From Azolla caroliniana (Eukaryota > Plantae > Polypodiophyta), in NCBI GenBank assembly GCA_043228905.1, contig JBHGNT010000020.1:5208001-5272000 (forward strand): a stretch of DNA of 64,000 bases, read 5' to 3'. A program made the position numbers and the translations under genes. Shown here one piece after another: positions 24,601 to 38,923 of the stretch (position 1 is its first letter; every line of letters begins with the position of its first letter). The notes beneath the pieces are model-generated. The model was not told where the DNA came from, did not search any database, and worked only from the letters and a program-made list of their open reading frames with translations.

Positions 24601-27410
24601 CTCTCCCCATACAAGGAACTGACGAGACGGTTCACGTGCAAAGAGAAGGGGAAGAAGAAGATATTGGAATACGAAGCCGAAAATGTTGAGTCGGATCGGA
24701 GCGCATCCGACTCCGAAAAGGATGAAGGCAGATCTTCGGGAATGAAGTCCGAACCGGCCAAGAAGGGCCCCAAACCGGGTGATGACAAGTTACACCAGTC
24801 TTCCCACCAGAAGAACCCCGTTACACAAAACGGGTACAATGAGTACATGGCGCATCACTATGCGTACATGAACAAAGCGGCGGAAGTGCATGAGCCGGAG
24901 AGCTACGCAGAAGCGGCAAAGGACACAAATTGGCGTGCTGCTCTGGAGGAAGAAATGTGGGCACTCGATGCCAACGACACATGGGACCTTGTTGACCCTC
25001 CCCGACACTGTAAACCGATTGGTTGCAAATAGGTGTACAAGGTAAAGTACAATATCAATGGTTTAGTTAACTGGTACAAGGCCCAATTACTGGCGAAGGG
25101 ATATGCACAGACCCAGGGAATCGACTACGACGAGACCTTCACTCCAGTAGCGAAGATGATGAAGGTTTGTGTGGTACTAGCGGTTGCTACGGCAAGGGGG
25201 TGGCATCTTCACCAGATGGACGTGAAGAATGCATTTCTTCAAGGTGAGCTTGACGAACGGGTCTATATGATCCAACCTCCCAGTTTTTAGTTGGAGATGA
25301 ACAAGTCGGTGGTGTGCCGACTCAAGAAGTCGTTTGACGGTCTAAAACAAGCCCCCCGAGCTTGGAATGCGAAGATCATGCACCAGTTGCGTAAGATGGG
25401 GTTTGTGACCCCTAAATCCGACTTATCGTTGTTCATCCAACAAGGTTCGGACGGTACGGTTTGCATTTTGCTTTATGTAGATGATTTGGTCATCACCGAA
25501 CCCGGACTCAATGAAATCGGCCGAGTAAAGTCCCAACTATCAGACGCATTTGAAATGAAGGACCTGGGGAACCTTCATTAGTTTCTTGAGATCGAGGTGA
25601 TCTGAACCCCCGACGGCATATGCTCTCACAATGACACTATGGGTTGAATATGCTGTACAAGTTCGGCATGACGGAATGTCGACCTGTGCCCACACCCCTG
25701 GACCGGAACCAGAAGCTTCGTCCCAACTCTGGACCGGCCTGCGATGAGAAGCAGTTCCGACAAATTGTCGGAAGCCTCATATACCTGAAAATCACTCGAC
25801 CTGACCTCTGTTACCCGGTCGGAGTGATCAGCCAGTTCATGCAGAAGCCAACCGTGGAGCACCTTTAGTGCACGCATCGAATATTGCGGTATGTGAGCGG
25901 CAGGAAGGACGAGGGACTGTTATACCGACACGGTATAACCAAAGAGCTAGCGGGATATACAGATGCCAATTGGGTCGGTGATGCATCAGAATGCCAATCC
26001 ACCTCTGGTTACATGTTTTCTCTAGGTAGCGCGGCTGTTGCGTGGAGTAGCAAGAAGCAACCAATAGTGGCTCTGTCGAGCACTGAGGCTGAATACCAGG
26101 GCGCTACCAATGCCACCTATGAAGCCATTTGGCTTCGGCGTCTGCTGCAGGACCTGCGGATTGAGGTACCGACCCCGATCCTGATCTACTATGACAACAT
26201 GAGCAACATTCAGCTCGCTAAGTACCTCGTATTCCATGCTCGAACGAAGCACATAGAAGTGCATTATCACTTCATGCGTGAGCGGGTCTTGAGTGGTGAA
26301 GTCGAACTTCGGTATGTTCAGACGGATCGGCAAGTTGCCGATATCTTCACCAAACCGCTCGGGTCGGACAAGTTGCAGCACTTCGCCGAAATGCTTAGTG
26401 TTCAGCATCTCAACGTGTCACACTTGAGGGGGAGAAAAGGAAAGGGAACGGATGGCACCGAACAAGGAGCTGGCGAGGAAGAAAGAACCAACAAAAGGGG
26501 AGACAAAGGGAAAAAGGAAGCCGAGTCGACGAAGGAAGTCGACACATCGGAACAAGTCGAAACAAGCAGCAACGGTGGTAGAGTCAAGAAGGACAGAGCC
26601 GACTAGAAGGAGAAGTCCAAGACCCGGACATGGTCTGATGTGGTGAAGGGCCTAAAACCGCAAGACGAGTTGGAGAACACCGATTCGGTTCAATAGTTGG
26701 ATTCGGATGAGCCGAATCAACTAAAGGCCAAAGGGACACGGTCGCAACGGAAGTCGACACCAACACTGAGGAACCGACGGATCGACAAGTGTTGGAGTTG
26801 CAACAACGGTGTAGCTGAATTGGGCCTAATGAGCAAACAAGCCGACCGAGGAGGTCGAGGTGCGCAGAACCAGAGGGGTCGCGGAAAAAGGGACCGGACC
26901 GGACGAGGAGTGCGAGCAAGGCGGAGTGACGCCAGAAAGAGGCGGGTAGAAGGACTGACTACCATGAACACTGACACCACAATCCGACCTCAAGTTGAGC
27001 TTGAGGGGGAGTGTTGAGCGGCAAGCTCAACTAGATCCGGATCGGCTGAATAAGGCTGAGCTGGTGAGCGAGACGGATCGGTGAGCCGGGTAGCTAGGTG
27101 AGAGAGGTAACCGGAAGCCTAGTAGTAGCCTAGACTACTAGGTAATCATAGTCTTGTAGTTAGTGTCAAACGCTCGTGTGAGCATTGAAGTACACTGTAC
27201 TTCTGTTAGTCCTTTTAAGGACTTGTATAAATAGTGTTGTTGAGCACGTTGTATGTACAGAGAATTTTTTGTAATAGAAGAACCGTTGTCTGCTCTCTCT
27301 GTCTCTCTTGTGTACTCACTGTTAACCTATCTCTCTCACACATACTCTATCTCTGTTGCTATCCGGCTGAGCCGGTATTGATCAAACGCTTCCGCACTTT
27401 GACGTTTTCA
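21664..27410 (+). mobile_element. Full-length Ty1/Copia B (degenerate)
   Basis: LTRs 21664-22046 and 27012-27410; TSD AATTG; PBS TGGTATCAGAGC at 22047; PPT GAGGGGGAG. ORF fragments for gag, PR (WYVDSEASNHMT), INT, RT ([17 protein letters not shown]) and RH (YTDANW, ADIFTKPL). Confidence 0.95.
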
Positions 27411-27431
27411 AATTGGTTGTATAAAACGTTT

Positions 27432-27692
27432 ACATATGTGTATGAGGTCAATACCTCATTTGACATATATTTGATATGTGATTCATGTCATATGCACACG
27501 AGGTTAATACCTCAATTGCGTGTGATGTTCGCATACATATGTGACGTATGCGTATGAGGTCAATACCTCAATTTCTATGTAAATGATATGCGATTGGTGT
27601 CGTATGCGTAAGAGGTCACTACCTCAATTGCGTATTACATTCACCCGTATTTTTGGATGTTTCATGTGCGTAGAGGCTATATGCCTCAATTA
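27432..27692. repeat. Five degenerate ~56-bp tandem units with palindromic core GAGGT-CAAT-ACCTC in the leader of Gypsy A
   Basis: Cores at 27444, 27500, 27556, 27612 and 27673. Confidence 0.8.
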
Positions 27693-30600
27693 TGTGTCTC
27701 GATTTCATCATTTGTTGGCTATTTTATGTTACGATTTTTTTAATATACGCATGTGTGGTCACATGTATATGTATTTGGTATACATGTGATAAACATACAC
27801 ATGTGTATATTAGTTATTACGTGATTTTGTATATGGAACGTTGTCCTTTTCAGGGAAAGGAGCTTGGTGGCTTTTGTCACATTTTTGTGAGAATGGCGTA
27901 GTCACCATCCTTTTTTCAACAATCTTTTTGTTGTCATCCCCATTGGTCACTTCAATTTCACTACGCGTTATAATGAAACAATCATAGTCACAATGATGTT
28001 GAGAGCGTGGGGCTTGTCCCACTTCATGTGAGGTCGCTGCTATGACACACATATCCAACATCCCTCCCTTGTTACATGGATACGATGCCACCATGAGATC
28101 ATCATTACGGAAGGCATTCGTAATGATGTAACCATGTGATGGGACAAGTGCGCCTACTAAGAAAAGAGAGCTCATTTGGCTTGACCATTAGGTTGCACTT
28201 TGGTGTATGCCATCGTAATTATGAGACTTGAGGTTAGGTAACGTACCAACATAGTTTTGTAGTAAACGAGGGGGAAATAAAAACTCTCGATTTTTTCTTT
28301 TAAAAAACATATATGGGCAAATGCCTTTGTATATCTCTTATATGCATAAAACATTAAACATTCAAAATGAGCAAACCGATTGGTTAGCTCAAGGGTTTAA
28401 TGCATTTCGTCTCAAAGTCTCAAGTTGAAATATGACCAATACCATACAACATTGTTGACACATATGACTATAACACATGTCTAGCTTTTAGGTCTAAGTG
28501 CACTTCGGGGTCCTTGTAATAGGAGTTAAAGAACCGAAACCACATGCGTGGGCATAGAGACATAGTTTATTGTTAACATTTTTTCGTGTTTAAACTATTC
28601 ATGGCGCAAACATACATGGTTGAACCTTAGGGAGCAGCCATGAGAAAATTGATATAGAGATCAGGGAAAGATATTCATTTGTCACCCCCATGGTTTTTAA
28701 AACACCATTGTGTTACCATAGTAACCTGATCTTGAACCTCATCTCATACGTCTAGAGGGGTATTGACGTGAGATCATGATATCGATTAATGTTTGCCCAT
28801 TATATGTTTACATCACAACATAATGTTATGACTATTTGTCTGACCTTATCCTATTTCTTTGCCAGAAATTATCATTCAATGGCTCATAATAACGACATGA
28901 TGTCATCCGCTTAGGCGGAAGGAATTCAAGAAAATCCTCCTGCACCAATCCCCATTGGGTCGTATTTGATACAAATACAAAATTTCCTTAATTCAACCAC
29001 GCATCAGATGTCCGAACTTCAAAAATATTATAGTGCTCTTGAGGTACGTGTCATTAGTTTACAATGTGATACTAATAGACTCGATGAGCGTTAGGGTGAA
29101 CCATCATTTGTCGTAAAGCCATTTACGGGAGAAAAAAAAAAGGAAAGAACTGAAAAAGCAATTTGCACGTGACTGGGCCGATGGGAGTCTCATTTTGACC
29201 TCTATCCCAAGCTAGATAGTATGAAGATTGCATATGTCGACTGAGAACTAGGGGGTAAGACTGACGCTTGATGGCGTGGGCTCTGCAATTTGGGGAATTT
29301 GCCCGATACTTGGACATGATTTGTCACAGTTTTCAAGGCCCAATTTCTGCAACCTCCATCTCGAACCGAGGTAGCACAAGCTTTAATGAACCTCTCTAAC
29401 AAGAAGTTTTCCTTGCTAGAAGACCATGTTCACCATGCTAGAACCCAAATCCAAAAGTCGGGTGTAGAAGGGGACAATTGGTTGATAGCTTGTTTTGTCA
29501 ATGGCATCCCCAATTCAGACTATCACTAGATAGTGCACGATAAGGATCCCAAATCCTTCGAAGAGGTCATTGAAATAGTTCTTCGCTATTAACGCACTTT
29601 GATGAAGGACCATAATAAACCTAACAAAGTGCCTGGGACTAAGCAGTCGCAATTCATTGGGAAACACAAGACACCTAACGAATTCGTGGTTTGTGATTGT
29701 TAGCGACAAAATCCTTTTTGCGTATTCTGCAAAAAGAAGAGTCATACAAAAGAGAGCAATGTCGAAAGCTCCAACGGAAAGAGCACTACATCAAAACAAA
29801 AGCTACAGACCATAAAGGTCAGATTCCTAATGTCCTTCAGGTGTATACATATCCTTTAAGTAATTGTAAATGTTCTTTCCCTCACTATGTATTGGGACCC
29901 AATGATTTACTACGTGCAAACGGGTATATCAATGGATCACCCGTACAATTTTTATTTGACTTGGGAAGCTCACACAACGTTGTGAATGATCGTTTGGTTC
30001 AGATATGGGGAATCCAACCCACCATAAGTGATCACACCTATAAGGTTCACTTGGCCGATGGAAGAGTACAATACATTAACGGGGGGATTCATTCATTACG
30101 AATTTCTATTAATACTTATATAGAGGAAGTAGACTTCCATGTAATGAATCTTTGTACCACTTATGTAATAATGGGTTATCCCTGGTTTTTTAATAAAAAC
30201 TCTTCTTTATCTATTGATTGGGTTCACCATTCCATTACCTTTGTATGGAAAGATTGTACTCATTTTATTCAATGTGTAAATAAACAATCTCTTTCGATTG
30301 TTTCCTCTCCATCAATATACGAGTTGTCTTGTTCTTCTTTATTTTATTGTGTACTTGATCCGAACATTCACGTCTATAATATCGATAATGTCTTGGGTCA
30401 ATTATCATATTTTGAACAACACCTTGATGAAATCTTTAATGGGTTACCTCCTAAACGTAATATAGACCATTGTATAGATATTGTGCTTGGTGTTGCACCA
30501 ATAAGTATACCTCCTTATCGCTTAAGTCGATCCGAAGAGGATGAGGTATCTAAACAACTCAAGGACTATTTACAAATGGGTTATATACGTTATAGTAAAT

Positions 30601-30856
30601 CTCCATGGCGTGCACCTATTCTCTTGGTAAAAAAGAAAGAGGGCATTATTGAATATGGGTCTCTAATGGACGTATTCACACTGTCTCCCTGTGTACACAC
30701 TAGGTTTAGGCTATTTATGTAAATAGTGAGAAGGGCAGTTGCCTTAAGTTAGTTAGTATATAAACAGACCTTGTAACCTGGTTGAAAGTGTATATAAATT
30801 GACCTTGTAACCTGGTTGAAAGTGGTTGATGTAATTTAGTTCATCTTGTTCCCAAC

Positions 30857-30904
<48 letters not shown>

Positions 30905-32112
30905 CTAAGTGGATCATTGTTTTATATCTCTATTGCCACTTCACTCTTGTGATTGTATTTTCTTATTGATATTCTATCAGAAGAGTGTTGATTTGTTCCA
31001 CACTAGACGATCGCGTCTCCAACATCTGGTATCAGAGCTCGAGGTTCTTTTGATTCTACTACTATTGTCAATCTAGTTTCCATCAACAACTCTTCTTCTG
31101 TACATCGTGAAGATCTTGGTTGCATACTCTTCTGTACACCATCTTCGCGAAGAGAGACACAGGCAAAATTTGCACTCCACTGTTCTAAATCACCATTGAA
31201 GTGAGCCAATCGTCTGCACTTCACTCCTATGATTGTAGCCGCTCGGACTGAGATTTCGCTTCACAATATCTCTACCTCAGCCATACTATATTGGATTAGA
31301 CAACAATCTAAAAGGTAGCCGCTACGAAGATATATTTGATATGACGCCTTTATAACCTTCGGATGAAAGAATCCGGTCGGTCCAAGCACACCTCAACGAG
31401 TACGAAAGTCTGAGCTCCCAAATTTCAGCTTAGGGGACGACTATTGAGGATGAACTAAGAGCAATGTTGCTTATGAGTAGCCTCCCCCCTTCGTGGGAAA
31501 CTTTCGTCACAATCGCGTGCAACGCATCGACTATGAACGTTAAATACTCCTCAGTCACGAGTGCAATTCTAACTGAAGCACCTCGGAGGAAATCATTTGC
31601 AAACGATTCATCCAATAACACACATGTAGTACAAGGTTCGATCGACCGATCACAACCAACGAAGTCATAGCAAGTCCCAAGATAATCGAGTTTGCAATTA
31701 CCGCAAGAAACCCACATAAGAGCCGATTGCTGTGCATTCAAGGCCAAAAACGAGAAGGCTTAGCGAGCGGACCAGAAGAGTGATCGACATGAGGAGGTCA
31801 ACTACGTAACCTCCTCACCCAAGGTATTGTCAAACGACCCGAACATACTATCCATAGAAAACCGAGGCGAATCAGAAGTTCTACATACGACTAAAGAGTC
31901 AATTACTTGGTTCTTGGATTCGGGTGCTTCATATCACGTAACCCCTCATCGATCCCAATTTTTCCAATACTCGACCCGACATTCCGACTCAGTCCTAGTT
32001 GGAAATTCACAGCACTGTGCGATTATCGGAATTGTCACAGTAGAGCTCAACCTTCCGGGTGGCTCTACATTGGAACTACACAATGTCCGACACGTACCTA
32101 AGCTCTCAAGAC

Positions 32113-35100
32113 TGTAGAAGAATACGTGTGCGGAAGCGTGTGTGTAAACACAAAGTACACAGTTCAGAAATAAGACAGTTCAATAAACGCATGAAACACA
32201 GAGAAGGAGAGGGAGAGACAGAGAGAGAGAGTAGACACGACTCTATTGAAAATAATTCTCTGTCTATACATGCTTTGTGCTTCGTGAGCACATTTTATAC
32301 AAGCCCTGACAATTGGGCTGACACAAGTACTGACAGTACTTGACTGCTCGTAAATGAGCCAACTACACACACTCCCAAATTTATTCCTTACGAGGAATAA
32401 CTTCCTAACGGCCTCTCGGTTTACGCACTACGACGGCCTATTGTGTGCATGGTTTTACACACCCAGGTTACGCACTAGGTTACGCACCCGATTATGCACT
32501 GAATGTTGAGCTTGTCTCTCAATGCTCCCCCTCAAGCTCAACTTGAGGTTCCGTCTGCTCTTCTGAATCTACGCTCTGGTTCCTTCTGGCTTCACGCCTC
32601 ATTTGTGCTCCTCGACCTGTTCGATTCCGCGGGCTTCGACCTTTTCGGTCGGCTTGTTTGCTCGTTCAGCCCTTCTCAACTCCCTTGCTGTCACGGTGCT
32701 GGGGCGTCCTTCACTGACCTTTTCTCCACTTGGCCCTCAGTCGATTCGTAATAACTGAATCAAACATTTCGATTGAATCGAACATTTCCAATTCAATTCT
32801 GCTTTCATCTGAATTGGCTGTCTCCAATTCGTCTTCATTCTTCAAGCCTTTGACAACTTCCGACCACGTCTTCATCTTGGCCTGATCTCCCCCTGGTTCA
32901 GCTATCTTTGACTATTTCCTACGATTATGGCCCTTGCTTCTTTGTTTAGCCGGTTCGAAATCGAATTCTTCGTCCGATTCCTCATCACGGCCACTTCCAC
33001 AGTGATGAACACCTCCGCTCCTTTCACGCTCTTGTTGCTGTTCTTCCTTTCTCCCCCTCAAGTTCGGTGTGTTGAGGTGACGCAACCCTAGCTCACCCGA
33101 GAAATGTTGTAACTTGTCGAGACCAAGAGGCTTAGTGAAGATGTCGGCAACCTACTGATCCGTCGGAACATACGCTAGTTCGACTTCACCTGAAACGACC
33201 CGTTCACGAACAAAATGGTAATGCACCTCAATGTTCTTGGTCTAGGCGTGGAAGATGGGGTTTTTCGCAAGGTAGATACTGCTGAGGTTGTCGCAATAGA
33301 TCATCGTTGGATCATACACCTCTACATGCAGATCCTGTAACAGCCGTTTCAACCAAATGACTTCGCACGTAGCGACAATCACCCCTCGATATTCGGCCTC
33401 CGTGCTCGATAGTGCCATTGTTGGCTGCTTTTTGCTGCTCCACACGATCGCCACACTTCCTAGTGAGAATGTGTATTCAGATGTGAATCTACGATCGTGG
33501 GCATTTCCGGCCCAATCGGTATTCGTGTAGCCAACTAACTATTCGACTACGCCTGCTCGATATAGCAACGCCATGTCTTTCGTGCCGCTTACATATTGCA
33601 ATATCCTTTGCGCGCACTAAAAGTGTTCGGCCGTAGGCAGTGAGATAAATTGACTGATTAAGCTGACTGGGTAGCTAAGATTCGACCGAGTAATCGTCAA
33701 ATAGATGAGGCTTTCGAAAATTTGTTGAAACTGTGTGGGGTTGCACGCCTTTCCCAAATCTCGGTGAAGCTTTACGTTTTTGTCCTGAGGGGTCGAGATG
33801 GGCTTACAGTTTGCCATCTCGAACTTGAAGAGCATATTTAGTGTGTAATGACTCTGGTTTATCAGTATGCCTTCGGGGGTACGGATCAGTTCGATCCTAA
33901 GGAAGTAATGAAGGTCTCCAAGATCCTTCATTTCAAATGATGCCGCAAGTTGAGACTTTACACGGCGGATTTCGTTTAGGTCGGCACCGGCGATGATTAA
34001 ATCATCAACATATAACAGAAGGCTTACCGGGCCGTGTTGACCTTGCCGAACAAATAATGAAGACTTAGACTTCGATGTCGAAAACCCCATCTTACGCAAC
34101 CGTTGTGTAATCTTTGCGTTCCAAGCTCGCGGGGCTTGCTTAAGTCCGTAGAGTGACTTCTTCAGTCGGCAAACTACCGAAGTGTTTCGTTCGGATAGAA
34201 ATCTGGGGGGCTGTACCATGTACACTTGTTCCTCAAGATCACCTTGTAGGAACACATTCTTTACATCCATTCAATGTAAGTGCCACCCCTTTGCCGCAGC
34301 TACTGCTAGCAGAACACGCACGGTAGTCATCTTCGCGACAGGTGTGAAGGTCTCGTCGTAGTCCACGCCATGCTTCTGCGTGTAGCCTTTTTCAACTAAA
34401 CGGGCCTTGTATCGATTGACTGATCCATCAATATTCTATTTCACTTTATACACCCACTTATATCCGATCGGCTTTACACCCTTTAGTGCGTCAATGTCCC
34501 AAGTCTCATTATCAGTCAAAGCGCGCATCTCTTCCTCCATCGTGGCACGCTAGTTCACGTCTTTCGCCGCTTCTACGTAGTTTTTCACTCATGCACTTCC
34601 ACCACTCGCGTCATGTATGCGTAATGATGCACCATATATTCATTATACCCGTATCTCTGTACGGGGTTCTTTAGGCGGGTAGATCAACGTAATTCGAGAT
34701 TACCCGATTTCACAACCTTTTTGGCTAATGTTAACCTCTTCCGTGGAGGTTCCTTATTAGTTTGCCCATAGTTAGACTCGCTCTGATCTGACTCGGCATT
34801 GTCGAAATCGTACTCCAACATCTTTTTCTTCCCTTTCTCCTTGCGCGTAAACCGTGTCCTCAATTCTTTACACATGGACATCACAGCTGAGTCTTCACTA
34901 CTTGCCGTCTTTTCAATAGGTTGGTCATTTCGACTAAACCCTTCATTCGGCCTACTTAGGTGAAATGAGATTAGACTGTCTCTCCGAGCTCCAATTTCGG
35001 CCTCGCTGACTTCGTCCTCAGAATTCGGAATGGAGTCATGAGGAGCTAGAGGTGAAGGCAAGTATCACGAAGCGGATTCGTCGAACACGACATCTCGGCT

Positions 35101-37696
35101 TACGCGTACTTCCTTTGTTCGGGGGTTGTAACACTTATACCCCTTTTACTCGTCTGAATAGCCGACCAGGATACATTTCTCGGCTTTGGCATCTAGCTTC
35201 CTCCTTTTCTCTTTCGACACGTGCACATATGCGATGCTGCCGAAAATCCTCAAGTGTGCCAAGTTCGGCTTCTTTCCGAAATATAGCTCATGTGGCGACA
35301 CTCCTCCATTAGCAGAAGTCTGATTGTGCAGGTAGACAACTGTCCTTATGGCTTCGGCCCAATAGAATTTGGGCATATGCGTCTCTTCAAGCATTGCCCT
35401 GGCTGCTTCTTCAATCGTCTGATTCATCCTTTCGGCTACGTCGTTCTGCTTCGGCGTATATCTACACGAGAATTCACGCCAAATTCCCTCCTTCTGTAGA
35501 TAACTCGTGAACTAGTCGAAGAAGTACTCCTTCCTACCATCGGACCCTAGGCATTTGATCTTACGCCATGTTTCCATTTCCGCAAGGCTCTTCACCTTCA
35601 GGAAACATGCGAAGAATTCTCTCTTCTTCGCGATCATGCATACCCACGTGTGCCGAGTGAAGTCGTCAATGAAGTTTACAAAGTAACGGCTTCCACTGAG
35701 ACTCATGTTCCTGTGCCGGACCCCACACATCTGTATGGATCAAATCCATCGGATTTCGACTATGATTACGATCGTTGGGGAACGGAAGTCAGTGTTGTTT
35801 TCCCATCTGATAGGCTTTGCAAATTTCGGCAAGACAAAAACAATGTTCTTCGACTGCATTTCATGAAGCCGTGGGAAATTTACGTGGCCGAACCGCTTGT
35901 GCCACAAGTCGATATCTAATTCGACCTTTTGTCCTTTCGCGCACAACTTGGTTCCGACTTGATTAGTGTCGAGGATAAACATCTTCCCTACACGGCGCCC
36001 TTGCGCGATTACTTTGCCTTCCTCTTCTATGAAGTAGCCGAGATGCGTGAATCTAACCTGCATTCCCTGGTCGACGATCTGAACGACCAACACCAGGTTC
36101 TTCGTTATTGTTGGGACATGCAATACGTTCAGGAGTTTCCCTTTTTGCCCGATGTGGCTGAGGGGAACTTCGCCAACATGTTCGATAGTATGCGGAGTGT
36201 CGTCTCCCGTTTCGACCACTCCTTGCGATTCTGGTTTCTCCAAGTACGAGAACCATCCCTCATGACTCATCATATGATTTGATGCTCCGGAATCAACATA
36301 CCACAGCTCGCTCGATTTCGAGGTGTTCAAATCCATAGAATTGGCCTTATGCTTCATTACGAAGGTTGGGCTCGATTTGTTTTCGGCTCGTTCAGAGCCT
36401 TCTGCATAGTGCGATATTTGACGCCTCTCTACGTCTCTTCGGCTTGATCCGGCTGTGTCCGACTGCTATCAACATTTCGATTATGCCGCCTGTTCTGCTC
36501 TTGTCAGCTGCCTCCATTGTGTGTCGATCCGCCTCGTCCACCACGACCATGGGGCCTATCTTCCTCAATGTACAACATCTTGCCGTTAGCGTGCGTACTC
36601 GTTGACACACCCGCTTGGTTTTCCTCTACGAGCAACATCGATTGAAGCTCGAAAAACGAAGGCGTATTCTCTCTCGTACAGACCGCCATTCGGAAAGCTC
36701 GGAACCTGGATGTTAGCCCACCAAGGCACACTTGCACCATCTCACTAACAGAGGCGATTGAGCCACAGATTTCCTTGATTCTGGCAGTGTAATCGGCCAC
36801 AGATATATCTTTCTGCTGAACATTGCTAAGCTCCTGCTTAAGCTACAACTTCTTGGCCATTGTGCTTGCGGCGAAAATCTTTTTGAGATTCACCCACACG
36901 TCCTTTGGCGTCTTAGCATCCCGAATATAGCACAATAGCTGGTCGGTCACACAGGATGCAAAGTAGTAGAGAACTCTGCTTGCCGCTTGTTCCCAAGCCG
37001 AAAAATCTCTGTGTGTCAAATCGGGTGCTACATCATTAGCTCCTTCGACATAACTCTAGTAGCCATGACCAAGCAGGTATTGGTGCATCTTGTATGACCA
37101 AGATTCGTAGTTGCTCCTGTCGAGCTTCTCAGTCAGTAGCGAGCTTCCCATTCCTCTGTCCATGTTGCTGTCTTTTTCTTTTCCAAAAAAAAAAACGAAG
37201 AAAAACTTCAACTCTGTTTTGTCACAAGCTTTTCTTGTCGGCTGTAGAGGACTTCGACCCTCGCGCTCTGATACCATGTAGAAGAATACGTGTGCGGAAG
37301 CGTGTGCATAAACACAGAGTACACAGTTCGGAAATAGGACAGTTCGGTAAACGTAGAAAACACAGAGATGGAGATGGAGAGGGAGAGACACAGAGAGAGA
37401 GCAGCCACACAACTCTATTCAAAATAATTCTCTGTCTATACATGGTTTGTGCTCAATGAGCACATTTTATACAAGCCTTGACAATTGGGCTGACACAAGT
37501 ACTGACAATACTTGACTGCTCATAAATGAGCCGACTACACACACTCCCAAATTTATTCCTTACAAGGAATAACTTCCTAACGGCCTCTCAGTTTACGCAC
37601 TGCTATGGCCTATTGTGCACACAGTTTTACGCACCCAGTTTACGCATTGGGTTATGCACCTGATTACGCACCGAATGTTGAGCTTGTCTCTCAACA
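32113..37696 (-). mobile_element. Full-length Ty1/Copia D (same family group as B), degenerate
   Basis: LTRs 32113-32524 and 37277-37696; TSD AAGAC restores the host frame HVPKLSR|PLISAGQLD; PBS 37265-37276; PPT at 32525. Minus-strand gag, PR, INT, RT and RH ORF fragments. Confidence 0.95.
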
Positions 37697-38923
37697 AAGA
37701 CCTTTGATCTCAGCTGGACAACTGGACGAAGACGGCATCCATGTCGACTTTGTATTAGGAGGGTGGACACTCCATAGGGGGAACCTCCTACTTTCTTGAG
37801 GACTAAAAGTACACTCATTGTACCTGTTATATGTCACACTTAGAGAGGATGACATATTCTTGGTCCACATTCCCGTGTCATCACTTTGGCATGGACGACT
37901 CAGACACCTCAGCAAGGCCAGTATCACGCATTTATCTACTGTTGGATACATCCTGAAACTCTCCTTCTCTAATCATCAATTCTGCGTGCATTGCTAGTAA
38001 GACAAACAGATAGCCGCATCACATCCGACATCGGAACCGAGAGAATCGAGTCCCCTCGACTTGGTCCACTCGAACGTCCGTGGTCCTATGCCACATCAGT
38101 CTCTCGATGGTGCCTTGTATTTCGTCAGCTTTATTGACAACTCGACTCAGAAGGTGTGGGCGTATCTGATAAAGACCAAAGATCGAGTGTTCTTGATTTT
38201 CTCTAATTGGCTCGCTATGGTCGAGAATTAGTCTGGCCGAAAATTGAAATGCTTTCGGACCGATAATGAAGGAGAGTTCAAATCTAAAGAATTTGTCAGA
38301 TTCTGTCGACAATGCGGCATAATACGTGAATATAAGGCACCCCACAGTTTGGAGCAAAATGGAATTGCTGAGCAGATCAATCAAACAATTCAAGAAAGGA
38401 TAGTTTCCTTGCTCCAACACTCTGGACTATTTATTAGATGGCTTCTGGGCAGATGCATTGCTTTACGACAATACACATAATCAATATGTCACTGAGTAGG
38501 CCTCTAGGACTTCAGATACCTAAAGAGTTATGGACCGACACAGTAAGCCGAATTAAGATAAGCTGAGGATTTTTGGGTGTGAGGCATACGCCCTCATCTC
38601 GTAAGATGTTCGCCGCAAACTTGCACCAAGGTCCAAGAAATGTATTTTCCTTGGTTATGGACCAGATAACAAAATTGGTTGCCGACTCTGGGACCCTAAG
38701 CACAAACAAATCGTCCGAAGTTCGGACATAGTGTTCAATGAGTCAGCCATGCACAATCGGCCGAAAAGCCGATTGAAGTCCGAAGGGTGATTTTTTTGGA
38801 TGTGCCAACCCTTCATGAAGGCCCAACACACAACATAACGTGGGCTTCACGGGTAGCCAAAACCTCTAGTACCGACTCGGTAGCACCCGACTCGGCACAA
38901 CCCCACCCCACCCCCCACCCCCC

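Noticed and set aside
27432-27692. Palindromic repeats with ~30-bp variable gaps resembling a CRISPR array
   Set aside because: The gaps resemble each other, the repeats are degenerate, no cas genes are present, and the context is a plant retrotransposon leader.
28381-28440. Possible third tRNA-like head (TAGCTCAAGGG...AAGTTGAAAT)
   Set aside because: The B box is too degenerate to distinguish from chance.
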